This document shows, piece by piece, positions 45,232-54,000 of a stretch of 54,782 nt of DNA. Each line of letters starts with the position of its first letter. Position 1 is the first letter of the stretch. A program made the translations under genes and the position numbers. This DNA comes from a virus. Lineage: Duplodnaviria; Caudoviricetes. Under the pieces are notes generated by a model that did not search any database, was not told the DNA's origin, and worked only from the letters and a program-made list of their open reading frames with translations. Location: the IMG/VR virus record IMGVR_UViG_3300025889_000152, positions 1 through 54,782 of that record. The stretch is one strand, 5' to 3'.

Positions 45232-45771
45232 ATGAGTATTGTAAGTGAAATCTGGAAAGATGTTGTAGGCTACGAAGGGTTTTATCAAGTTTCTAATTTG
45301 GGTCGTGTCAGAAGTTGCGATCGCTATATTGAGTTTCATAGAGGGACTAGGCTCCACAAGGGTAAGCTTCTACGTCCTAGAGAAAGGGCTGGCTATCTTG
45401 CGGTTGCTTTATCTGCTTATGGCATTCAAAAGGATAAGAATATCCATATTCTTGTCGCTGAAGCTTTTCATGGTGATCGTCCACGAGGTTTTCAAGTCAA
45501 TCATATTGACGCTGACAAGCATAACAATTGCGCCTCAAATCTTGAGTTTATTAGCCCTTCCGACAATACCAAACACGCATATTCTATGGGTAGAATATCT
45601 CAGCTTGGCGAGAAGAACAATCAGGCTACGATTACTGATTCTGACGTTCGCCAAATTCGCCATTACTTGGCTAGTGGTATGACAGTTACAGGCGTTGCTC
45701 GACTTCTTGGGTTTACCGTTGCTGTCGTCTCTGGCATTAATGTTGGGCGCACTTGGAAACATATTCAATAG
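45232..45771 (+). CDS. NUMOD4-HNH homing endonuclease
   Basis: EIWKDVVGYEGFYQVSNLGRVRS; VNHIDADKHNNCASNLE. Confidence 0.93.
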   Translation: MSIVSEIWKDVVGYEGFYQVSNLGRVRSCDRYIEFHRGTRLHKGKLLRPRERAGYLAVALSAYGIQKDKNIHILVAEAFHGDRPRGFQVNHIDADKHNNCASNLEFISPSDNTKHAYSMGRISQLGEKNNQATITDSDVRQIRHYLASGMTVTGVARLLGFTVAVVSGINVGRTWKHIQ

Positions 45772-46035
45772 CAAATAGCAATAACCGCGATCGCATAGAG
45801 TAGCGATCGCGGTTACCAGAAATTAGCGGGTTTTTCGATAAACTTGGGTTTCAGTTGATTCGACTTTTGTGACTAGAACATCACTGAAGGTTTCAAAAAG
45901 GCTGTCAGCGATCATGATCGCGTCTCCTTTAAACCAGTGACGTTTTTTGTGAATCCACTCGGTGCTTTGTGCATCTTTTGCGTAAATGTTATACATAAAT
46001 ATTCCCTTTCTATGCAAAGTATTTTAGCTTGAATT

Positions 46036-46572
46036 ATGCCAAAAAAGATTGTCCCTAAATCGCCCCTAGAGCTACGATACGAAAAAATAGATCCTAAACC
46101 GCAATTTCCCCTTGAGACGTATCGCATGATCTTGGCGGTAGGCTTTAAGATTGGCTCGTATCCGACATTATGGAGAGATAGAAAACCTAACATCCAGCAG
46201 TTCATGCGATCGCTGCATCCGAACTGTGAAATGTGCGGCAAAGACTCAAGCGGCGGATCGCTTGACGTACATCATTTGAAATGGGATAAAAAGCATGATT
46301 GCACATACGAGAATTTGTTTGTGGTGTGTCGCGGGTGTCACGTTCGCTTGCATAGGCGTGGTGATGGGTGGTTTCCCTCAAAGCCTTGGGCTAGTGAATG
46401 GGGTGATGTACCTCAAGGGCTTATTGATCGCAACCATTTAGACAAAGATGGCAATGCGATCGCCCCTCAAATTATGGATAATAATAAAAAATCAAAACTC
46501 AATGAAAGTGAACATAAAAGTACAAAGACTAAGCGATCGCGCAAGGCTGCCACAGTATCAGCACAAGAATGA
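46036..46572 (+). CDS. HNH endonuclease
   Basis: CEMCG..LDVHH..NLFVVCRGCHVRLH. Confidence 0.8.
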   Translation: MPKKIVPKSPLELRYEKIDPKPQFPLETYRMILAVGFKIGSYPTLWRDRKPNIQQFMRSLHPNCEMCGKDSSGGSLDVHHLKWDKKHDCTYENLFVVCRGCHVRLHRRGDGWFPSKPWASEWGDVPQGLIDRNHLDKDGNAIAPQIMDNNKKSKLNESEHKSTKTKRSRKAATVSAQE

Positions 46573-46939
46573 TGCTGGCATGGATATTTGCGCTATTTAT
46601 GATCATGTGATTTTTGCTGGCGATCGCAAGCTAATCCCAACAGGTTTAGCTTTTGAGTTGCCTGATTACTGTCAAATCGAAGTGCGTCCACAATCGGGAC
46701 TTGCCTTGAAACATGGAATTACGGTACTAAATTCCCCTGGAACAATTGACTCCAACTATAGAGGTGAGCTTGGCATTATCCTGATTAATCATGGCAGCGA
46801 GAAATTTGAGATTAAGGCTGGCGATCGCATTGCTCAAATAGTATTCATGCCCTTTTATACTGCTAATCTGGTAGATAGCGAATTGCTAGAAGATAGCGAT
46901 CGGGGTATCAATGGATTTGGATCATCGGGAGTAAGCTGA
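46502..46939 (+). CDS. dut: dUTPase
   Basis: AGMD, PQSGLA, GTIDSNYRGE, GDRIAQ, RGINGFGSSG. Confidence 0.95.
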   Translation: MKVNIKVQRLSDRARLPQYQHKNDAGMDICAIYDHVIFAGDRKLIPTGLAFELPDYCQIEVRPQSGLALKHGITVLNSPGTIDSNYRGELGIILINHGSEKFEIKAGDRIAQIVFMPFYTANLVDSELLEDSDRGINGFGSSGVS

Positions 46940-47083
46940 TGGAATTTGACATATTAAAAATGGTTCCTCGCGAAACTAAACCTAAAGTTGTCAGCGCTTT
47001 TCCTGATACAAGTGAGTTCACGAAAAAAGCTATTCGTAATCATTATCCTGAGCTAGTACATAAATTAATTAAGGATTGAAGCT

Positions 47084-47233
47084 ATGAGTCTCTACGAAAA
47101 TATCAACAATAAAAGGAAACGCATCGAGAACGGTTCGGGCGAAAAAATGCGTAAAAAAGGCGATAAGGGCGCACCAACTGAACAGAATTTTAAAGATGCT
47201 GCCAAGACTGCGAAAAAGCCTAAAAAGAAATAG
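47084..47233 (+). CDS. Small basic phage protein, not in the ORF track
   Basis: MSLYENINNKRKRIENGSGEKMRKKGDKGAPT..FKDAAKTAKK. Confidence 0.7.
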   Translation: MSLYENINNKRKRIENGSGEKMRKKGDKGAPTEQNFKDAAKTAKKPKKK

Positions 47234-47487
47234 CGTTATTGAGAATCGCGCCTATGTTTTGCCGTACTTATTGACTACCGCAATAATTTAAAACATAGGC
47301 GTATCAATTATTTCATAAGCAATCAAACTAATGACAACAATCGCAATAATGAAGTATGTAATTTACGCTAAGCGAACTCGGCTATCGCCTTGGGTTAAGA
47401 TTGACTCGTACAGCGATCGCGATCTTGCGTACCGTGTTGCAGAGAAATATAAGCGCGATTATTCACATTCGCAGGTAAAGGTAGAGC

Positions 47488-47868
47488 ATGAAGACACTCG
47501 CCGAACTCAAGAAAACTAGCTTTGAGGTTCCTGCCTCGGTACGTAAAGCTGCGGCAAAAGGGCTTGAACTTCGCAAGGAGTTTGGGCGTGGTGGGTTATC
47601 GATTCAAGAAGCATCAAAGCAAGGCATTGGATCGGGTGTGGCTAGGGCAAGAGATTTAATCAAGGGCAAAGTTAGCCTTGAAACTGTGAAGCGGATGAGG
47701 TCTTACTTTGCTCGTCATGCTGTTGACGCTAAGGCTAAGGGTGACGAGTCAAGGGGTTATTGGGGCAAAGATTCAAACCCAAGCGCGGGGTATATTGCGT
47801 GGTTACTTTGGGGCGGCTCGGCTGGCGAAAAATGGGTTAATGGTATCTTGAAAAATATCGCGGACTAA
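47488..47868 (+). CDS. Phage hypothetical protein
   Basis: AAKGLELR..GVARARDL..TVKRMRSYFARH..AGYIAWLLWGG. Confidence 0.75.
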   Translation: MKTLAELKKTSFEVPASVRKAAAKGLELRKEFGRGGLSIQEASKQGIGSGVARARDLIKGKVSLETVKRMRSYFARHAVDAKAKGDESRGYWGKDSNPSAGYIAWLLWGGSAGEKWVNGILKNIAD

Positions 47869-47874
47869 ACAATA

Positions 47875-48168
47875 ATGCCTGACCTTGAACAAGTAATTAG
47901 AAAGCAAGAAATTGTTAAGTTATTTCGTAAAGGCATTTATCAATATTTCAATTATGAGTGTGTGTACTGCGGCAATGCTGCTGAGTCACTGGATCACGCC
48001 AAACCAAAGGCAAGGGGTGGTGAAACTATCACAAGTAACTTAGTTCCTGCGTGTAAACCCTGCAATCAGGACAAAGGCAGCAAGGAATTATTTGAATGGT
48101 ATAGGGCGCGATCGCACTGGACTATTGAAAGGGAACAGGCGATCGCTCGTTGGATTGCGGGTGAGTAA
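47875..48168 (+). CDS. Small HNH endonuclease (possible terminase-associated)
   Basis: CVYCG..LDHAKPKARGG..NLVPACKPCNQDKG. Confidence 0.9.
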   Translation: MPDLEQVIRKQEIVKLFRKGIYQYFNYECVYCGNAAESLDHAKPKARGGETITSNLVPACKPCNQDKGSKELFEWYRARSHWTIEREQAIARWIAGE

Positions 48169-48276
48169 AAGCTTTACTGTGTAATGGTTTTAGGCTATAA
48201 TATTGGGAATGCGATTGCCTTGTTAGTGAAGTTTCAAGGCGATCGCGTTAAGTCAACCTAGTATCAGTAGGCAACT

Positions 48277-48819
48277 ATGAATAGTTTAAATGAAGAATGG
48301 CGCGATGTCGTTGGTTTTGAAGCTTTGTATCAGGTTTCTAGCCTTGGGCGTGTAAGAAGCTGCGATCGTGTGATTTATGATAATCGAGGTTATAGCAAGA
48401 GTAGGAAATCTCGGCTTTTGTCTCCAACCATTGATAAGTATGGTTATTACAAGCTTCATTTAAGCAAGAATGATGTTCGTGGCTATTTTACTATTCACGT
48501 TTTGGTTGCTAAAGCATTTATAGGCGATCGCCCTGATGGGCTTCAGGTCAATCATATCAACGGGGTAAAAACTGATAATCGTCCCGAAAACTTGGAGTAT
48601 GTTACTGGCTCTCGCAATATTGTTCACGCTCAAGATATGGGACTTAAACCAGTTGGATCGAGATGTTGGCAAGCCAAGCTTTCTGAGTCAGATGTATCTA
48701 CTATTAAGGCTCTTATTCGTCAAGGTGTTAATATTATTGAAATTGCTGATCGCTATGGTGTTGTTAAGCAAACTATTTCATCTATAAAACAAGGCGTTAC
48801 TTGGAAGCACGTTAGCTAA
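48277..48819 (+). CDS. NUMOD4-HNH homing endonuclease
   Basis: EEWRDVVGFEALYQVSSLGRVRS; VNHINGVKTDNRPENLE. Confidence 0.93.
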   Translation: MNSLNEEWRDVVGFEALYQVSSLGRVRSCDRVIYDNRGYSKSRKSRLLSPTIDKYGYYKLHLSKNDVRGYFTIHVLVAKAFIGDRPDGLQVNHINGVKTDNRPENLEYVTGSRNIVHAQDMGLKPVGSRCWQAKLSESDVSTIKALIRQGVNIIEIADRYGVVKQTISSIKQGVTWKHVS

Positions 48820-50213
48820 TGGCTAAAATTTCTATCAAACCTCAACCTAAACAGGAGCTTGCCCTTGCTTCACCCGCAGACATTGTTCTGTTGGGTGGTA
48901 GCAAGGGCGGTTGAGGTGGCAAGAGTTTTTGTTTAAGAATCGCGCCACTAAGACATATTAATCGCTTGGGATATCATGCAGTCGTGTTTAGGCGATCGCT
49001 GCCACAAGTGAGGTCTAGCGGGGGATTGTGGGATAAGAGTATGGAATTATATCCGTCTCTTGGCGGTCATCCTAATCGATCTGAGAGGCGTTGGACTTTC
49101 CCTTCGGGGGCTTCCGTTAAGTTTTGGCACTTAAATTCTGAGGACTCATGGACAGATTGGCAAGGTAGTGAGGTCAGTTTCTTTGCCTTTGATGAGTTGA
49201 CTGAATTTACTCAAACACAGTTTTTAAAAATTCTAAGTTGCGGTCGTTCAACGTGCGGCGTGAAGCCCCAAATTTTTGCAACTTGTAACCCAAAGGCTAA
49301 CCATTGGTTAAAAGACTTTGTGAGTTGGTGGTTAGCTCCTGACGGATACGTTGATCTTGAGAAAAACGGGGCTATCAGATATTTTACAGTTATCCAAGAT
49401 GAGGACGATCGCCCACAATTTCTGTGGGTCGACAAGGATTGGCGCGATGCAAATGATCAGCCGCCAAAATCAGTCGCCTTTATTGTCTCGGATGTATGGG
49501 ACAATGCCGCTTTACTGCAATCCAACCCTGAGTATTTGTCGTCGCTGATGGCGCAAAATGCTGTAGATAGGGCGCGATTTTTGGGTATTCGTGGTAGAGG
49601 GGGAAACTGGTTAATTGAAGAAACCGCAGGCATTATGTTCCGCAGTGAATGGTTTGGCATAGTTGATCGCCTCCCTGATTTCCGTCCAGACATTAAAAAG
49701 TGTGTGAGGGCATGGGATTTAGCCGCTACTGAAAAGGATTACAGCGATCCGACTGCCTCTGTAAAAATGATGACCGTTGACGATGATAACGGACAGCAAA
49801 TGTTTTACATCCTCGGCATGACTAATGAGGTAATGTCCCCCGATCGCATAGAGAAACGAATCTTAGAATGTGCCAATGCTGACGGTAATCGGTACGCGAT
49901 TAGATTTGAACAAGAGAAAGGTGGATCGGCGGCGATCCGTGATGCTGCCGCTAGGGTAAGAATGTTGAATGGTTTTAATGCTGCGGGGGTGCTTGCATGG
50001 GGAGACAAAATTGAACGCGCAAAGGGCTTGTCTGCTGCTGCTGAACAAGGTCGGGTTAAGTTACTGCGCGGCACATGGAATGATACTTTTTTGAACCAGT
50101 TTAATGAGTTCCCTGATCGCTGTCTCCACGATGACATAGTGGACGCGGCAAGTTACGCTTTTAACTACCTGAGCAATTATCAGCCTATTAGCATGGGCAA
50201 ATTTAAACATTAA
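48819..50213 (+). CDS. terL: Terminase large subunit, with in-frame TGA at 48912..48914 in Walker A
   Basis: PQPKQ..LLGGSKGG*GGKS, FDELTEF (Walker B), ATCNP, RAWDLA, HDDIVDA; 48819 is in frame with track ORF 48966. Confidence 0.9.
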
Positions 50214-50217
50214 TCCC

Positions 50218-50481
50218 GTGATACAATATCGCCATAGTAGTTACCACACAACACTCATGAGCTATTCCAAGCTAACTCAAACTATTGATGCGACTGTATG
50301 GGCTAAGGAATTTATAGATTTGTTTGGTCATTGCCCTGAGCAGATTACCTATGACCTTATGGTTGCATGGTTTGCAAATGCAATTATGACGGGCTACGAT
50401 GCTGCGAATAAAGTTGATTTAACTCAACAAACAGCGATCGCGCATTCTATGATTAGTACAGATGGCGAAGTTTTTTACTGA
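50218..50481 (+). CDS. Hypothetical phage protein
   Basis: DATVWAKEF..MVAWFANAIMTGYD. Confidence 0.65.
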   Translation: MIQYRHSSYHTTLMSYSKLTQTIDATVWAKEFIDLFGHCPEQITYDLMVAWFANAIMTGYDAANKVDLTQQTAIAHSMISTDGEVFY

Positions 50482-50775
50482 GGGTGAATAATCATGACCG
50501 ATCGTCTGTCTATTTTGATTTTCGATAATCCTAGACCTGTAAGTCATGATCTTTATAAACGGTTTTGCGAAAACTGCGATCGCATTAACCGGCTAGAAGC
50601 TATGAAGCGATCTGCCCGTCAAGCAATCTTAGATAAGGTGATACTATGAGCGATCGCCGCGTAATACCGTTAGTACCTCCGCGCAACTACGAGGGCAAAA
50701 AAGATCGCGATACCAGAGAGCAGAAATTAAAAAAGCAAGGGCTAGATCAAAATTTCATCGACAAGTGGAATAAAA

Positions 50776-51198
50776 ATGACTGAAACTGCAACTAATTACA
50801 ATGTTGACGCGATCGCCTCTGAACTAACCGAACTTGAGCAACTGAATTTAGATGTTGCAGCGATCGCAGGTTGGACGAACATAGAAGTATGGCAACCAGA
50901 TCGAAATTTGCCTATCAGAACTTTCCAAGGGGAAAACAAAGCGCATCCCAAATTAGGTAAGTTTGTGCCTAAATATGTCGAAAGTATTGATGCGATCGTT
51001 TCCGTTTTTGATGCTTTTGATTTGGATTGGAATATTGGCAAAGATTGCAATGCTTATAATTGCTATGGGCAAGATGACGGGGTTGAGATTATAGATGTGT
51101 ATGCCGAAACTCCCGCGATCGCATTATGCAAACTATTACTTGAGCTAAATCCTAAGCCTGAAACTAAACCAGAAGTCATTGAGGCAACATTCGGATAA
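50776..51198 (+). CDS. Phage ABA-sandwich/NinX-like protein
   Basis: LNLDVAAIAGW..VPKY..AETPAIALCK. Confidence 0.6.
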   Translation: MTETATNYNVDAIASELTELEQLNLDVAAIAGWTNIEVWQPDRNLPIRTFQGENKAHPKLGKFVPKYVESIDAIVSVFDAFDLDWNIGKDCNAYNCYGQDDGVEIIDVYAETPAIALCKLLLELNPKPETKPEVIEATFG

Positions 51199-53264
51199 TG
51201 GCAGTAACTTTACCCAACGGATCTTGGAGCTTTGCGGATCTACAAAATAGATACGAAAGGGCCCAATCATTAGCCAATGACTGCATACAAGATTTTGCGG
51301 GTAATTACTTTTTTCCTAGCGATCGCAGTCCAAAGGGCTACTGGACTACATCAAGAAGACAAAAACTTGATTACGTCTGCGATTGCCCTGACTTTGCCAG
51401 ATTGATTGATCAGCAGATGATGAACTCTGCACCTAGCCGATGGGTGCGTAATGACTGGTCAACCAATCCAGACAACAGGAAATTGGTCAATCGCTGTATT
51501 CATTGCTTTGCAGTGGCGATCGCTGAGCGAGAATTAGATCCAAGCTTTCCGATAAACCGAATTTACAGCGCAAAACGTGGGCGATTTCCTAAAACCGACT
51601 GCGGATGTGGATGTGGTGGATCTGGTGGGTGCGGTTGCCCTAGCAAAGAATTGGGCTTACCACCTCCAAAATTAATCCAAGGATGCGATACCGATTGCTA
51701 TGTTGAGCCATTAACCCCTAGAACACAGCGAACTCCGTCAACTACTGAGGGCGTTCCTGCATATCAAACATTTGAACTGCCGACAATTCAGTTTCAGGAT
51801 ATAGAATTTAAAGCTTGTGCTGGCAAAGAAATAACGATTACTTTAGTTAGGTCTACATCGCAGGGATTTAACAACGCGACAGTATCAGGACTGCTAACTG
51901 ATATCGAATTTCCTTTTGAGCCAGAATTTAAAACATCGTCAAAGTCAGTGTTGCTAGATATTTCCCCTGGCGAGTATGTCATCGGCATATCGGCGATCGC
52001 GACTGGCAATTTCGGCGAAAAGACTGAAGCTAAGCTATTAGTATTTGATTGTGACAATCAGAGAAGCAATAGAGATTTTCCGTATCCGCCATGTGAAGAA
52101 CAGGATTTTGTTGAATTTGGGGGCGGCGAATGTGAAGGATCTTATGAAGTTGGCTATCGGCAAACAGGCAATATTAATCCTGATGGTACTTGCGAGCAGA
52201 TAAAGGTACTTAAATTTAATGAAGCATTAGATTGTCCTTCCCCTGAGCCTCCACCACCTAAAGAATGTGAATCCTTGGAAGAACGCGATTGTTCGCCTAT
52301 CGCTCCTGAGCCTCCTAAGTGTGTCAATACTGGTAGTGGTGATGGATTCAACTCTAATGCTGGCTTTAATGCAGTCTTCAAGGTGCGAACTGGTAACAAG
52401 GATATAGAGTATCTGCGCCCTGATAAAAAGGAGTGCATGGAAGTATGCGAGTTCGCGGAAATAGCGGTATTTTCGCCGTCATGTCCAGAGCCTCCGCCTA
52501 AGCCTGTGCCTCCGCCATTTTGCCCATTGCCTATAAATAGGTATATCGGATGGCAGACTGAGGCTGATTATTTAGCATCGGCGGCTGTCAATGGCATAGG
52601 TATTCATGAGACATTCTCATGTGATGACGGGACTGTTTATGTCTTGGTTGGACGACTAGCTAAGTGTTTGCCTCCTGCTAATCGCTATGTCGATAGCTTT
52701 GAAGCGGCAACTTATGACGGCAATAAATTTGGAGAGGGCTGCTGTCCATTCAATGAGACTAAGCCACCTCGTCCAGTATGTCCTGTCAAGCCCAAGCCAG
52801 TGCCAGTTGATAAATGGTCGTGTTCTGGTGGTGTATGCTCACCTGATGCGAACGGAATCTATAACTCACAAGCTGAATGTGAAGCGGCGCTGATACCTGC
52901 CAACTTTACTGGCGGTCAATGCCCTGCCCCTGTCAGATATAGAATTTCGTTTGCTTACGAAGATGCTGGTGGGACAACGTGGTATCAAAATGGCTTTGCC
53001 AGTAGCCAATTTGCTACTACAAACCCCGCAATTACAGGAACGCCTCAAGGTAATTATCTAGGTAAAATCACATCAGTACAAGCTTATGTTGATCCCGTAT
53101 ATCATCCTCTCCTTAAGGCTATCTTCGTTAATGGAGTTTATAACGGATTGTTAGCAGGGCAATATACTTGGTACGTTGTTAACAACTTTAGAGTGTATAG
53201 AATTGAGCGCGTAGATGGACTGCCTGATAACTGCGGCAATCCTCCGCCTACTTGTCCACCTTAA
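51198..53264 (+). CDS. 688-aa SWIM zinc-finger, Cys/Pro-rich protein
   Basis: YVCDCPDF...RCIHCFAV (CxC-x-CxH), CGCGCGGSGGCGC, Ig/Calx-like middle, Cys/Pro-rich C-terminus. Confidence 0.75.
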   Translation: MAVTLPNGSWSFADLQNRYERAQSLANDCIQDFAGNYFFPSDRSPKGYWTTSRRQKLDYVCDCPDFARLIDQQMMNSAPSRWVRNDWSTNPDNRKLVNRCIHCFAVAIAERELDPSFPINRIYSAKRGRFPKTDCGCGCGGSGGCGCPSKELGLPPPKLIQGCDTDCYVEPLTPRTQRTPSTTEGVPAYQTFELPTIQFQDIEFKACAGKEITITLVRSTSQGFNNATVSGLLTDIEFPFEPEFKTSSKSVLLDISPGEYVIGISAIATGNFGEKTEAKLLVFDCDNQRSNRDFPYPPCEEQDFVEFGGGECEGSYEVGYRQTGNINPDGTCEQIKVLKFNEALDCPSPEPPPPKECESLEERDCSPIAPEPPKCVNTGSGDGFNSNAGFNAVFKVRTGNKDIEYLRPDKKECMEVCEFAEIAVFSPSCPEPPPKPVPPPFCPLPINRYIGWQTEADYLASAAVNGIGIHETFSCDDGTVYVLVGRLAKCLPPANRYVDSFEAATYDGNKFGEGCCPFNETKPPRPVCPVKPKPVPVDKWSCSGGVCSPDANGIYNSQAECEAALIPANFTGGQCPAPVRYRISFAYEDAGGTTWYQNGFASSQFATTNPAITGTPQGNYLGKITSVQAYVDPVYHPLLKAIFVNGVYNGLLAGQYTWYVVNNFRVYRIERVDGLPDNCGNPPPTCPP

Positions 53265-53274
53265 CTAAAATCTC

Positions 53275-53325
53275 ATGGCACAACTAACTCCTGAAGATAT
53301 TAAAGCTTATACAATTCGCTGGTTT
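53275..53325 (+). pseudogene. Orphaned original 5' end (MAQLTPEDIKAYTIRWF) of the 1303-type gene
   Basis: Matches 1303..1353, then runs into antisense HNH sequence and stops. Confidence 0.85.
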
Positions 53326-53870
53326 TATTTAATGTGCTTCCAATTTCTACCGTTTTTAATTCTTAGGATTGTGATCCCGCTAACACCATAGTCTTTCCCG
53401 ATAGACCTTTGAGACTCTCCGTTAGCAAGCCTTTGTCTTATAACAGGTATGTCTTCATTGGTTAGTCTAGAGTCTCGCCTGTTTTCCCCGATCACAGAAT
53501 TGCATAGTCCAGTTCTATAGGCGTGTTGCGTGTTCTCTGATGGAGTGCAGTATTCGAGATTGCTTACGCAATTATTGCTTTTTACTCCATCAATGTGATT
53601 GACTTGCAGATTTTCCTTTGGGCTGCCGATAAATACTGATGCGACTAAACGATGGACAGCCATATTTTTATGTTTCCCGTCCTTGGAGAGTCCGACACGC
53701 ATATATCCTTCTTGATGCTTGCTCAGTTTTAAGACTTCCCCTTTTAAGCTGAGATGATTTTTCCCCCTAGGCACAACGCGATCGCAACTTCTAACACGCC
53801 CAAGGCTAGAAACCTGATACAAACCTTCATAGCTTGGGATATCTTTCCAAACTTCATCTACAATATTCAT
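53325..53870 (-). CDS. NUMOD4-HNH homing endonuclease (optional insertion)
   Basis: EVWKDIPSYEGLYQVSSLGRVRS; VNHIDGVKSNNCVSNLE; absent from the left repeat copy. Confidence 0.93.
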   Translation of the reverse strand: MNIVDEVWKDIPSYEGLYQVSSLGRVRSCDRVVPRGKNHLSLKGEVLKLSKHQEGYMRVGLSKDGKHKNMAVHRLVASVFIGSPKENLQVNHIDGVKSNNCVSNLEYCTPSENTQHAYRTGLCNSVIGENRRDSRLTNEDIPVIRQRLANGESQRSIGKDYGVSGITILRIKNGRNWKHIK

Positions 53871-54000
53871 AATTGCCTATCCTAATTAGGTGATTCACGC
53901 GATCGGTTGTTTCCAGCAACGCGATCGCACTTCTACATTATACCTCAAAGCGTTACTGAGTAATGCTTTTAAAAGCTTTTATCTTTGTTTAATATAAATT

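Noticed and set aside
45150-45771. HEARO/OMEGA (IscB-type) RNA-guided system
   Set aside because: The proteins are ~180-aa NUMOD4-HNH with no RuvC motifs, and the leaders are only ~75 nt
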